DNA of 64,000 bases from an uncultured Verrucomicrobiae bacterium. Lineage in GTDB: Bacteria > Verrucomicrobiota > Verrucomicrobiia > Chthoniobacterales > UBA10450. Below are positions 43,357-53,831 of the stretch, piece after piece. The translations under genes were made by a program, and so were the position numbers. The stretch's first letter is position 1. Every line of letters begins with the position of its first letter. The notes under the pieces are model-generated. The model was not told where the DNA came from. It did no database searches and saw only the letters and a program-made list of their open reading frames with translations. Location: contig CAVWPA010000003.1 in the NCBI GenBank assembly GCA_963756875.1, positions 1,312,001 to 1,376,000 of the forward strand, read 5' to 3'.

Positions 43357-44622
43357 TTATTTCTCGGGCTCTGCGGGAAGCTGCGGCGACAGCGCCAAAA
43401 AGCGTTGGGCGTGCACAAAGAAATAGAACACCCACATTCGCAGCCGGACGCCGAAGTCATTGCCTTCGTTACCGGCAAGCATTGCATTAACGCCGGCGGC
43501 GATTTGCATCGTGTCGGTCGGATTCAGAAACACTTCCAGAAAATCCTTGCTGCGACGGTACCATGAGTTCACGAAGGTGAGATAGAGATCCATCACGTGA
43601 TTGACGCGGCGCGAGTATGCTTTGAAAAGACGTCGTTTGCGCGATTCGTCGCGCAGAATTTGATCCAGCGTATCGGCTGCCTTTTCGGCCGACAAGATCG
43701 CAAGGAAAACGCCGCTGCTAAAAACCGGATCGATGAATCCCGCGGCGTCGCCGGCGAGCAGCCAGCGATCGCCGAAGAGTCTCGCGTTGCGATAGGAAAA
43801 ATCGCCGGTGGAATAAACGGGTGAGACACGCTCCGCCCGTCGCATTCGCTCCAGCACCATCGGTTGTTCGCCGATGCATTTTTCCAGGGTCGCTTCCGGC
43901 GAGAGTTTCATGGCGCGGAATGTCGTCGTATCCATGACGACACCGATGCTCATGCGCGTGGGCGTCAGGGGGATCATCCAAAACCAACGATCGAATCCGC
44001 GCACCATGCGTATGAGCGTGCCGTCGATACCTTCCGCGCGATCGACATTCTCGTAATGGGCGAACACGGCAAATTTCTGAAGATGATTGTAAGTTTTTTT
44101 GAGCTTGTAAAAATTTCCAAGCATCGTTTGGCGGCCGCTGCAATCGAGTACATAGCGCGCCTCGATTTCCAATGTCGCCCCGGCGGCGGATTCGATCTCG
44201 AGCTTCATGTGGTTGCGGGTTGCCTCGATCTTCTTCACTGCGGTTTGCTCGCGCACCTCCGCGCCGTTCTCGCGCGAGTGGTCGAGCAGCAATTTATCAA
44301 ACTCAGACCGCGTGACCTGGTAGGCATGATCTCCGCTCGAGCGCAGGCCGTCTTTGAAATAGAATTTCACCCCCTTTGCCCCGCACGAGGCGACAACTTC
44401 GGCGCCATATTTCGGCAAAAAGGCGCGGTCCAGTTTTTCGCGCACGCCCAGCCGGTCGAATGTTTGCGTGCTGAATGGCAAGAGCGATTCGCCGATGTGA
44501 AACCGCGGAAATGTTTCGCGCTCCAGCACGACAACGCGACGGCCCGCGCGGGCGAGCAACGTGGCAGCGGTGCTGCCGGCCGGGCCGCCACCAATAATCG
44601 CGACGTCATAAAGTGAGTCCAT
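43357..44622 (-). CDS. flavin-dependent halogenase-like oxidoreductase
   Basis: GGGPAG, FPRFHIGESLLP, WFWMIP, GDAAGFIDPVFSSGV. Confidence 0.88.
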   Translation of the reverse strand: MDSLYDVAIIGGGPAGSTAATLLARAGRRVVVLERETFPRFHIGESLLPFSTQTFDRLGVREKLDRAFLPKYGAEVVASCGAKGVKFYFKDGLRSSGDHAYQVTRSEFDKLLLDHSRENGAEVREQTAVKKIEATRNHMKLEIESAAGATLEIEARYVLDCSGRQTMLGNFYKLKKTYNHLQKFAVFAHYENVDRAEGIDGTLIRMVRGFDRWFWMIPLTPTRMSIGVVMDTTTFRAMKLSPEATLEKCIGEQPMVLERMRRAERVSPVYSTGDFSYRNARLFGDRWLLAGDAAGFIDPVFSSGVFLAILSAEKAADTLDQILRDESRKRRLFKAYSRRVNHVMDLYLTFVNSWYRRSKDFLEVFLNPTDTMQIAAGVNAMLAGNEGNDFGVRLRMWVFYFFVHAQRFLALSPQLPAEPEK

Positions 44623-44753
44623 GGACGGATAAACCTAGCCGATTCGCCGACGAAGCAATCCTCAACTTATCAAAAAGCGAACGCGGCGCACGTTCGCATT
44701 TTAAACGCCCGGCGCGTCTGTCGGAATCGTGACCGAAAGATCACGAACAGCGG

Positions 44754-44948
44754 TTAAATCCGGTGTTGGCGTGGGGCCGAATCTTCGGCGAAAAGACGAT
44801 GTCGTGTATCTCTGACCGGTCGCATTTCGACGGGCACTCCAACAGTACAGACATCGCACCAGTGGCGGCTGGCGCTTTCCATGCGTTTGCGCGTTCCGCA
44901 TTTGTCGCAAACAAATACTTCGCTCTGAGCTCTTGTCAGTTTTCTCAC
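44754..44948 (-). CDS. small zinc-ribbon-like protein
   Basis: CDKC...CDVC cysteine pairs in 64 aa. Confidence 0.5.
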   Translation of the reverse strand: MRKLTRAQSEVFVCDKCGTRKRMESASRHWCDVCTVGVPVEMRPVRDTRHRLFAEDSAPRQHRI

Positions 44949-45157
44949 TGTTTTACTTGGTTTGGACTGTGCCCCGGTTCCAAGCCTGTCTCATCCCATC
45001 ATAGACGCGGATTGAAACAAAGCGAATCCTATCGAGCGTTCAGAGCCTGCTTTCAATATCAGCAACGCCACGGCGCAATGACCAAAGCGCTTTGCAAGGC
45101 AATCACCATACGCATACGCTGATCGATGGCGCGTGGTGACTCTCGGAAAAAACGCTT

Positions 45158-46192
45158 ATGAAGACTGTGCGACTCGTGCAGATCGGAAAACCGCTGGAAG
45201 ATGCCGACATTCCGGTTCCACAAATTGCATCGTCTGAAGTTTTGGTCCGTGTCGCCGCGTGCGGGATCTGTCACTCCGACGCGCACTATCGCGCCGGCAT
45301 TTCCACGATGGATCGTTTGCCGGTCACCCTCGGACACGAAGTCGCCGGCCGGATCGAAGCGGTGGGCGAAGAAGTCCATTACGTTTCACCCGGAGACCGC
45401 GTCTATGTGCACTACCTCGTAAGCTGCGGCAGCTGCGATCTCTGTCTTCGCGGCGACGAACAATTCTGCGTCAAAGTGCGAATGATCGGAAAACATCGCG
45501 ATGGCGGCTACGCCGAGTTCATTAAAGTCCCCGGTCGAAACGTGTTCGTTCTTCCCGATGAAATTCCCTCCGAAGTGGGTGCGATCATGATGTGTTCGTC
45601 GGCAACGGCTCTTCATGCTTTGAACAAAGCCCGCCTGAAAAGTGGTGAAACCGTCGCAATTTTTGGGTTTGGCGGATTGGGATTTTCAGCGTTGCAACTG
45701 GCTCACGCAATCGGCTGCCGGAAGGCATACGTTGTCGAGATCAACCGCGCCAAACGGGATTCAATCGCGGCCATGGGCGGCGTGCCGGTCGATGCCAGCG
45801 CCCGCGATCCCGTTGATCAGATCAAAGAAGCGACCCACGGAAAAGGAGTCGATGTCGCCATCGAATTGGTTGGCTCCGCTGTTACGATGGCGCAGGCGGT
45901 ACGGTGCCTGGGGGTTCACGGCCGCGCGGCTCTCGTCGGTCTCACCGCGGAATCAATGTCGATTCTCCCGTACACGGAGCTCATCAACAAGGAAGTGGAG
46001 ATTATCGGAGTCTCCGATCATCTGGCGGCCGAACTGCCTTCGCTGATGGAGTTCGTGCGCAGCGGTAAACTTTCTTTTCCGCCGGGAACGCTGCGCACGG
46101 TCGGTCTTGACGCAGTGCAGATCAACGCTGCGCTCGATGCGGTTGCGAAATCCACCGATCACATCAGAACAGTGATCGTTCCAGGGATATGA
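45158..46192 (+). CDS. zinc-dependent alcohol dehydrogenase
   Basis: CGICHSD, GHE, CGSCDLC...C, GFGGLG. Confidence 0.93.
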   Translation: MKTVRLVQIGKPLEDADIPVPQIASSEVLVRVAACGICHSDAHYRAGISTMDRLPVTLGHEVAGRIEAVGEEVHYVSPGDRVYVHYLVSCGSCDLCLRGDEQFCVKVRMIGKHRDGGYAEFIKVPGRNVFVLPDEIPSEVGAIMMCSSATALHALNKARLKSGETVAIFGFGGLGFSALQLAHAIGCRKAYVVEINRAKRDSIAAMGGVPVDASARDPVDQIKEATHGKGVDVAIELVGSAVTMAQAVRCLGVHGRAALVGLTAESMSILPYTELINKEVEIIGVSDHLAAELPSLMEFVRSGKLSFPPGTLRTVGLDAVQINAALDAVAKSTDHIRTVIVPGI

Positions 46193-46236
46193 TAGGTGGA
46201 ATTGAACCGCGTCTCGATGTGGGGTAACGTCAGATC

Positions 46237-46464
46237 GTGACCGCCGAACAGATCATCGAAGAGATCAAGCGTCTCGATCCGAAGGATCAACTGGGCGTCA
46301 TTCGATTTGCCTATCAACTCGACGCCGAACGAAAACTCACCGGCAAAGAATTGTCGAGTCTAGCTGTGCGCATGACGGAGACCGACGATCCCGCCGAAGC
46401 GGCTACGATTCGGGAAAGCATCGTTCGCGGCTTCTACGGCCGGAAGCAAGAGAGCAATGCCTGA
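46237..46464 (+). CDS. small antitoxin-like hypothetical protein
   Basis: MTAEQIIEEIKRL N-terminus resembles the 16921 antitoxin. Confidence 0.7.
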   Translation: MTAEQIIEEIKRLDPKDQLGVIRFAYQLDAERKLTGKELSSLAVRMTETDDPAEAATIRESIVRGFYGRKQESNA

Positions 46465-46703
46465 GATTCGGCGGCAGAATCTTCCGCCGGCGCTGCTTCA
46501 TCATCTCCTCGACCGGATCCGTTCGCGCGAGATTTCGGCAGATCAGCTAAGGGTTGTTTGCCGACTGGCTCGACACCGAGCCTGAAGTGCCGAATGAGAA
46601 ATGGTTCAAACGTTTCCCGAAAATAACCGTCTGCGGCCAGGGCGATCTGGTGAAGACTTTCCTGAATGCCAGCCAGGTTCCGGTTGGAATAGAAATTCTC
46701 TGA
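46457..46703 (+). CDS. small hypothetical protein, putative toxin partner (one frameshift near 46550)
   Basis: Hand rebuild MPEIRRQNLPPALLHHLLDRIRSREISADQL/GLFADWLDTEPEVPNEKWFKRFPKITVCGQGDLVKTFLNASQVPVGIEIL; 8-bp overlap with the upstream gene. Confidence 0.65.
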
Positions 46704-46778
46704 TCTCTTCCATTGGACGCCAGCTCGCAAACGCATTCGGAGTTGGACGTTCGCTTCAAGATCCTTCGTCCGCGCGCT

Positions 46779-47348
46779 TCATCTCGCTTTCAGTAACGCC
46801 TGACGAATCGACTCGGGATCGATACGCTCCTTGTAGCCTTCCAGGAAGAATTTTGCGCGGATAACGCCATCGGTTCCGACAATGAACGTGCCGGGGTAGG
46901 GGATTCCTTTGGCACGTCCCTGCGCTTCCTTGTTAAGAATCCCGTAGGCTTCGATGGTTTTGCTGCCGGCATCGGAAAGCAGGGGAAATGTAATGGAATG
47001 TTTCGTCGCGAACCGTCTGAGAACGTCCGTGGAATCGTAGCTGATGGCGACGACCTGACCGCCGGTCGCTTTCAGTTCTTTTAAGTGAGCTTGCAGTTGG
47101 ACCAACTGCCTCTGGCAGAAGGGTCACCAATCCGCCGACCGAAAAAAGACCAGCGCCACCGGACCCTTTTTGAGAAGCGCCTCAAGCGAGACGTCGTGGT
47201 TGGCTTGATCTTTGAGAGTGAACAACGGCGCTTTTTTTCCGACAGCCAGTCCGGCGTGTTCCGGAGGGGCGGGTTCCGCCGCACTCGCTGCCTGTGCCAG
47301 AAGAACTCCGGAAACGGAGAGAGCCAAGGCGAGTCGAATCAATTTCAT
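46779..47348 (-). CDS. peroxiredoxin-like (AhpC/TSA/redoxin) selenoprotein with a UxxC motif
   Basis: The two track ORFs are in frame across TGA 47126-47124: FFRSADW-U-PFCQRQL. Signal peptide MKLIRLALALS; GKKAPLFTL, AISYD, FPLLSD, PGTFIV. Confidence 0.88.
47100..47126 (-). promoter_or_regulatory. bacterial SECIS-like hairpin
   Basis: mRNA UGACC-CUU-CUGCC-AGA-GGCAG-UU-GGUC directly 3' of the UGA, with a G in the apical loop. Confidence 0.6.
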
Positions 47349-47523
47349 GTGTGGAAAGGTAGCGCAGCAGGCGAGCCGAGTCATTTTTTTCCGACCCTGA
47401 CCGACGTTTACCGGTGACGCGGGTTTTCACGGTAGTGGGCGAGTCGTTAGGGCAATGTGGAAAGTGGAGATCAGGCCCTTTTCCTTCTTTTCTTGCACGG
47501 TGAAGAAAGATAAAAAGTCGTTA

Positions 47524-48313
47524 ATGACCGACCTGCGAATAAAAGATTTTAGTAAACTGATGATCAATGTCGTTTCGGGACTGCTTGCAAACCTTCTTTT
47601 CACTGCGTGACAGTCGGGGTGCTTTGCGGGTTGTATTATCTGTTTCGCAGGAAGCCTCTTTTCATTTTTTTTGGCCTTACAGATACGCGTGAAGTCAGAA
47701 TCTACTTATCGCACCTCCGCGTGCGGCCGTCCGGCGCTATCGGGGCCGACGGTACACCTCGATCTTTTCAAGGCAGCGCGATCCCTAACCTTGAATCGCT
47801 TGCAGCTTCCGATGTCGTTTCACTGTTCCGCGTTTCGCTTCCTGGCGGGCGGTACAACCATCTTGGCTCAATGACATTTTGCTGAACGATGTCTCAGTTT
47901 CGATTGGCCCGGCTCCGTTACTGCCTCCTCACATTGCCTTCCCTTGCACAACAATCGTAGTCGGATCTCCGGGTGATAATCGAGCATCAGCCGTCGTGCA
48001 GAACGAGTTACAATCACCGATTCAGTTCAATGTGGATAACTCCGCAATCCAAATTCCAAGATTGCCCCTTGTTGTAAACCTGCGCCACGCATTTATCGTT
48101 AGGCTGCGACATGGTTCTCATTTCGTCTTTTATTTGGCTGGACTTTCAGAGGGCGGAACCGCGGCGGCGTTAACCTATCTGGCCTGTTTTTGGCAAGAAT
48201 TACATCGCCGTCACAAGCTGATACCCTCATTCTACGTGCTCATTGAATTTGTTGGCGAAGACTACACGAATAGTCAGGTCATCGCTCAAGCCGGAATCAA
48301 CATCCGACAATAG
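47524..48313 (+). CDS. hypothetical protein with an N-terminal membrane segment (frameshifted)
   Basis: Joins NVVSGLLANLLF, VGVLCGLYYLF...RIYLSHL and IVVGSPGDN...FYLAGLSEGGTAAALTYLACFW. Confidence 0.6.
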
Positions 48314-48481
48314 AAATGGTAATAAAGATCTCGCAGCCTCGGCAGAGACTGCGCTAGGCTACGGACCCACCCGCTCAGATTGAGTAGAACGTTTATTTGG
48401 TAAAAGGTGGAACTGGATGAAGTAATTAGTGTAATTGTGAATTGAAATGGCAATCCCAACCCACGATGGGTTTTTCGATTT

Positions 48482-49330
48482 GTGACTGCGCGCGTTACCA
48501 AGCGGACGAGCCGTGTCCGGCACTATAAACAAAAGAAAATCGAAGGATACGTTGCTGCCTGTGATGCTCTGGAGTTCTTGAAACTCATTGACAAAGAGAG
48601 TGCGGATATTGTATTCCTTGACCCTCCATTCAACCTCGGAAAGCGGTACCACGCTCGAAGACAAACAGATGTAATGCCTCTTCGAATATATGAAGGCTGG
48701 TTGAAGGAGATTCTTTTTGAATCCGTGAGGATTCTGCGACCCGGAGGAGCGCTGTATCTGTATCATCTACCGGTCTGGGCGATACGGCTTGGTGAATTTC
48801 TTGATGGCCATCTTGAATTTAGACATTGGATTGCGATTGCCATGAAAAACGGTTTCATCCGCGGGAAAAGTCTATATCCCGCACATTACGGGCTTTTGAT
48901 GTTCACCAAAGGCGAACCGGCGCGATCAGGCCGACCTAAATTGCGACCGTCCAAATGCCGTCATTGTGGGGAATATATCAAGGATTACGGCGGCTATTTG
49001 CCAATAATTGAGAGGAAGGGTATCAATCTCAGCGACTTTTGGGACGACTTGAGTCCCGTTCGCCACGCAAACCGCAAACACAGGCGAGCAAACGAGCTAC
49101 CTGAAATATTGTTTGAGCGCATCATTGCGATCAGTGGCTACCGTGGCGGGTTGGACGTCGACCCTTTTGCTGGTACTGGTTCCGGCGTAATTGCCGCCGT
49201 TCACAAAGGCCTTAGGTTCGCTGCCTGTGACTTGGTGCGCGCTAACTGCAACATCATATCACGTCGGCTCGACACGCTAATGGCTCAACTCTCAAGAAAG
49301 AAAAAAAATGCCAGAACAAGCCAACGCCTT
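48482..49330 (+). CDS. N6-adenine/N4-cytosine DNA methyltransferase (beta class); 3' end uncertain
   Basis: VFLDPPFN precedes DPFAGTGS; a CRHC knuckle lies in the variable region. Confidence 0.9.
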
Positions 49331-50638
49331 TCCGAGGAAACATTTTTCCTAGAAATGTTCACGCGCGACATTTCTCTAGAAGACTGCATTTTGGACCTGA
49401 TCGACAATTCGATAGACGCCTTGGTTAAAGCGCGCCAAGTAGATATTTCTTCTGCCGTTTTTCAAAAGAATGGCTCCAAGCCAGATGCTAGCTCATTGCC
49501 TTCGGTGCATGTCAATTTCTCACCGACTGAGGTCAGAGTCGCCGATAATTGCGGCGGTATCACTTTCGAGGAAGCCAGAACGAGGTCTTTAATTTCGGTC
49601 ACGGCACTGAGCCTGTGCGTGGTCAGCTGGGCGCGTATGGAATTGGCCTCAAACGTGCCCTCTTCAAAATCGGGAATGATTTCCTGATCAGAATCGCGCG
49701 CGGAAAAGGATGGATTCTCGGCTCATTTGCCAGACGTTCGCAAATAGGCCTCTTCTGACACAACTCTGGATGATTGGAAGATTCTGATAAAGCCGCTCCA
49801 GCGAGCAAAGTCACCCAAGCAGGCGGGGACGGAGATAACAATCCGCGGTTTGCGTGACGAGGTCAAAATGCGCATTGCTGACGGTACCCTCGGCGGTCGA
49901 CTGCGGGAACTAATCGAGAAAACCTATGCGTTGTTCTTGGATCGTTACGTTCGGGTCTACCTGAACAATAAAATAGTAGAGCCGTTCGAGATTCCGCTAG
50001 GACAATCGAGGGATGTAACGCCTGGGCATGATGATTTTGAAGATGGCGGAGTAAAGGTGAAGTTATTTGCAAGCCTTTCGTTGCAGCCGCGAGCGGAAAC
50101 CGCCGGATGGTACGTCCTTTGTAACGGGCGAGTCGTTGTCCATGCCGATAAGACTGAGTTAACAGGATGGGGAGCTGCGTTACCTCAATTTCATACCAAA
50201 TTTGTCCGGTTTCTTGGCTTGGCGTTTTTCCAATCCAAAGATCTGCTGCTGCTGCCTTGGACGACGACAAAACGCGGATTAAATCGGGAATCCCGGATAT
50301 TTCAAAAGGCTAGGAATCGCATGGCGGGCTTATCGCAACCTATATTGAAGTTTCTAAGTAGCATGTATCGAACCGAGCTTAGTGAAGAGCCAAAGGAGCG
50401 GCGCGTTGCCGATACTATCAAGCCAACGGACATACGAAGAGTTGCCTCGCAACCGAGCTCCGTATTCAAAGTCGCGATGCCCGCCGTGTCTTGGCAGCCG
50501 AGAACGGTAAGAATTCTATATGACGCGCAGAGGAGGGATATTGAGAGAGTAAAGAAGCAACTTCGAAAGCCATCAATGCCTGCGAATAGAATCGGAAAAA
50601 TAATAGATCACTTCTTGAAAACCGAATGCTCCGAATAG
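49308..50638 (+). CDS. GHKL/MORC-like ATPase (HATPase_c_3 type), several frameshifts
   Basis: MPEQANAFPRKHFFLEMFTRDISLEDCILDLIDNSIDA, VADNCGGI, GAYGIGLKRALFKIG, AGWYVLCNGRVV..ADK, LPWTTTKRG. Confidence 0.88.
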
Positions 50639-50644
50639 ACGCCG

Positions 50645-51569
50645 GTGAGCTCTTTCAAGGTTCGGTCCGATCTTAGACCTGCCAAGCAGGTTGAACGCCG
50701 TATGATTATCGACGCGTGTAACTGCTGTCTCTGTCTAATTTCCCAATTCGGGACTACCAATATACCGGATTCGGATTGTTTACTTCGTCGATTTTATTCT
50801 ATTCCACAAGTTTTTGGGACTTAGAGATTTGGTTAGCGTGGAACGCGATGACCGAATCGAAAAACGAGTAAAGTACAACCGGCCTTTCGGCTGCCTGAGA
50901 ATTGTGATGGGATCTGCGGCCGATGTGATTCGACGTTGTCGCAAGATAAAAGACACATTCTTTGGCTCGACTACGATTCAATTTTGTCTTCGAGCCACAT
51001 TCTTGACCTCAGATTGGCGGGCACTTACTTAACGCCTGGCTCGCTATTGCTGATAACTATCGATGTTGAACCGCCGGGGGATGATCAAGCCGGTCCAGCC
51101 GAGTGGAAACGGCATTTTCACGAAGAGGGTGGTGAACTCGCCCTGCCTCTCAATGACGTTTCCGATTTCACCGAGTCCAAGTTACTCGGCGTCAATACCG
51201 GCTGGTAGAAGCAGCCATTACTGCGGGTTTGGGCGGTCGAGAAGCTGCATTTTCTCCACTGTTCAATTTTCTGTATGCAGATGGCCACAATATGCTGACC
51301 ATCGGCGGGATGATCACGACAGACGTGGAGAGAAGGCTGCTCTCCGCTAGTCAACTCGAGAAAACGGAATACGCCCGATTTAACCTGCGCAAAAAGCCGT
51401 TCTCGATTCGAGTGCCCCGAGTGACCCGTAAAGAACGCTTACATTTGGACAGTGTAATGCCTTGCCGCAGCGGTTGGCGTCCAACAAATTCGAAATGCTC
51501 AGCAAAGACATAGACGCTTATCGAGCAATCTTCCCCTTTTTGCCGGCTTACGCGGAGCTTTTGCTCTAG
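50645..51569 (+). CDS. putative O-methyltransferase (Methyltransf_35-like), several frameshifts
   Basis: DLRPAKQVERRM, YQYTGFG..YFVDFILFHK.LG, KRVKYNRPF, ILWLDYD, FNFLYADGHNMLTIGG, FLPAYAE. Confidence 0.8.
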
Positions 51570-51710
51570 CTGGGATGACGGTGCCCCGTGGTGGGCTGCG
51601 GCGTAGGTTAAAGCGTCTTCCTGCTCACGCGTTCCAGACGCTTCTATCGGTTTTTCGTTTCGAGCGAGACGGGCTGCTGTTCTAAAAAGCTGAAAACTGA
51701 AAAGCTGAAC

Positions 51711-51793
51711 GGAGCGAGTGGGACGAGCGACGTAGAAGGTAAAGTGACGAGGGTAGGATCGACTGAGCGTCGGAAGCGAGGGAGTTTCAAAGC
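51711..51793 (+). repeat. 83-bp dispersed element, copy 2
   Basis: Aligns without gaps to 5105-5187. Confidence 0.8.
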
Positions 51794-51918
51794 TGAAACG
51801 CAGCTGAAGGCCAAGTCGGCGGCGCCGATGACCCCATTTGAGCGACGCTTACATTCAATCGGGAAATCTCGCGTTGCTCGACATCTCGTGAGAGGTCCGT
51901 TACCGTGACCTCGTCGTC

Positions 51919-52934
51919 ATGCGGAGAGGTTTCCAGAACCAGTGGGCTTTCATGAGGCTGGATTGCGGGCGTCAGATCGCGCGGTTGATCGTTGCGACGC
52001 TCATGCTGGTCGGCTGTTGCGTTTCAGTTTTCGCGCAAACGAACGACTGGCCATTCCCCGCACAATCTCCCGCTGGATCGCTGCCGTTCGCCAGGCCTGC
52101 GTCCTCTTCGCTTGCAAATTCAACCCCGCCACCGCGCGGCGCGACCATGCGCCAGGAGAGATGGGATCAACTTTCGAACAGGGAGATCAGTTATGTGGGC
52201 AGTCAGGCGCTGGCCATGAATCCGCGGAGCTGGTATCACGGCGAGACCGAGGATTTTATCATTCACTACCGCAATTTCAGCGACGCGCTCGAGATCGCTC
52301 GCGAGATTGAATTCGACCTCTGGTACGTCGCGAAAACCCTGGGCGCGACGAAGGAACAATACGCGCGCAAATCGCACGTTTACGTTTTTCAGGACGACAG
52401 GGAGTGGCAGGTATTTGTTAAACAAGCGCGGCACCAGGAGACATGGGCGCACAGCTTCGCGCTCGGCGATGAACTTTTCTTGAATGTCCACGGGACCGGG
52501 CAGGGGTTTGAATCGCACACCCTGGCGCACGAGACCACCACGCAGTAGTCGCACGCATCTATGGCAACCGCCACTGGCCGGTCTGGTTGAGCGAAGGTTT
52601 CGCCGATTATATGGCGGACGCTTGTGGCGCGGTCCGGCGCGGACTATCGCCGGGCGCGAATCCGCGAAATCTCCGCAACGCCACGATGAACTTGACGGAG
52701 CTGATCGCGGTCTCGCGTTATCCCACGGACGTGGCGAGCGTCACGCGACTCTACGACAGCGGGACGAAGTTTGTTCGGTACCTGTTCGCTAAATACCCGG
52801 CGGAGCTATTTCCAAAATTTGTCGATCGTCTCCTTGATGGCACTTCCCCAGAGGTCGCGCTGACGGAGGTCTACGGCGACGAGTTTCGCGATCCCACTGC
52901 ATTCGACAAACGATTTCAAAGTTTAATCCGCTAA
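51919..52934 (+). CDS. secreted peptidase MA-like (gluzincin) protein, frameshift near 52540
   Basis: Rebuilt LAHETTHAVV...WPVWLSEGFADY (HExxH...E). Confidence 0.75.
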
Positions 52935-53052
52935 CTGGCGCGTAACGAGCGCCTCCATCGGTTTTTCGTTTCGAGCGACACGGGCTTCTCTAGTGAAAAG
53001 CTGAAAACTGAAATAACCTGAGATCTAGGCCGGGATTCGGAAGGCGGTTCCC

Positions 53053-53274
53053 TCAGCTCAGGAAGAGCGAACGTGCCAGTCCACTTTGGTCGATAATGCT
53101 CTTCAACGTGCCGCGTCGAATCTCGGAGTGATTTGGCACTATGACAGTTCGCCCGCCGTCTGCCGTTTGCTTGCGCATGACGATGTGACCGCCGGATTGC
53201 CGCGACTTCACAAATCCGTGCTCCTGCAGGAGCTGGCAAACCTCGCGCGCCGAGAGGACGCGAAGTTTAGGCAT
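53053..53274 (-). CDS. hicA: HicA-family toxin
   Basis: LSAREVCQLLQEHGF..SRQSGGHIVM...VPNH.EIRRGTLKSII. Confidence 0.92.
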   Translation of the reverse strand: MPKLRVLSAREVCQLLQEHGFVKSRQSGGHIVMRKQTADGGRTVIVPNHSEIRRGTLKSIIDQSGLARSLFLS

Positions 53275-53491
53275 GTGCCGGTTCGAGCGAAGTCACCTTT
53301 ACGCCCCGATTGAGCCGCCGCTTGATTTCTTCTTCGTCAGCATCCTCGAGCAGGAGCTCAACCGCTTCTTTGATCATTTTTTCCGCCTCTTCAATCGTCC
53401 GGCCCTGACTGGCAACGCCGAGCTCCGGACACGTGGCTACGAACCAATCCTCTTCGCGCTCAATCACGGCAGTCAGCTTCGGCAGCTTCAC
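53267..53491 (-). CDS. hicB: HicB-family antitoxin (short form, upstream of the toxin)
   Basis: TAVIEREEDWFVATCPELGVASQGRTIEEA..MIKEAVELLLE. Confidence 0.92.
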   Translation of the reverse strand: MKLPKLTAVIEREEDWFVATCPELGVASQGRTIEEAEKMIKEAVELLLEDADEEEIKRRLNRGVKVTSLEPAHA

Positions 53492-53831
53492 GAGAACAAC
53501 CTACCAAAGTTGCGTTCCGTCGCAAACGGTCTGCCAGGTCGGAGGTCGGAGGTCCCGCCGTCGCTAAAGCTATGGCGTGGCATGCAGAGGTCAGAAAGGG
53601 AAGTTGCGATGCGTAGCAGAGTTTCAATTTCCAGCTCAGCGGCTTTGCGTCTTGCGAGAGACTTTCTGGAAGAGTTTTTCCACGCAAGGCCGCGGAGGAG
53701 ATGGGCACAGGTCGGAAACCGTCCCGGCGGCGGAGAATCCGAAATGTCTTGACCGGGAGGTTCGCCCTGTTCAGACCAGCGATGTAACGCGGCGAAACCG
53801 CGACACAAAAAAACGAGAGAGAACAAACATT

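Noticed and set aside
47124..47384. Peroxiredoxin pseudogene split by a nonsense mutation
   Set aside because: The TGA sits exactly at the catalytic Cys position with a downstream hairpin, which fits selenocysteine better.
48482..49687. Methyltransferase-ATPase fusion protein of 401 aa
   Set aside because: The ATPase has its own ATG at 49308 with a typical N-terminus; a missing base in the T-run near 49342 creates the apparent fusion.
53690..53810. Possible riboswitch in the hairpin-rich leader of the DUF1134-like gene
   Set aside because: No known aptamer consensus was recognised by eye; an Infernal/Rfam scan would be needed.
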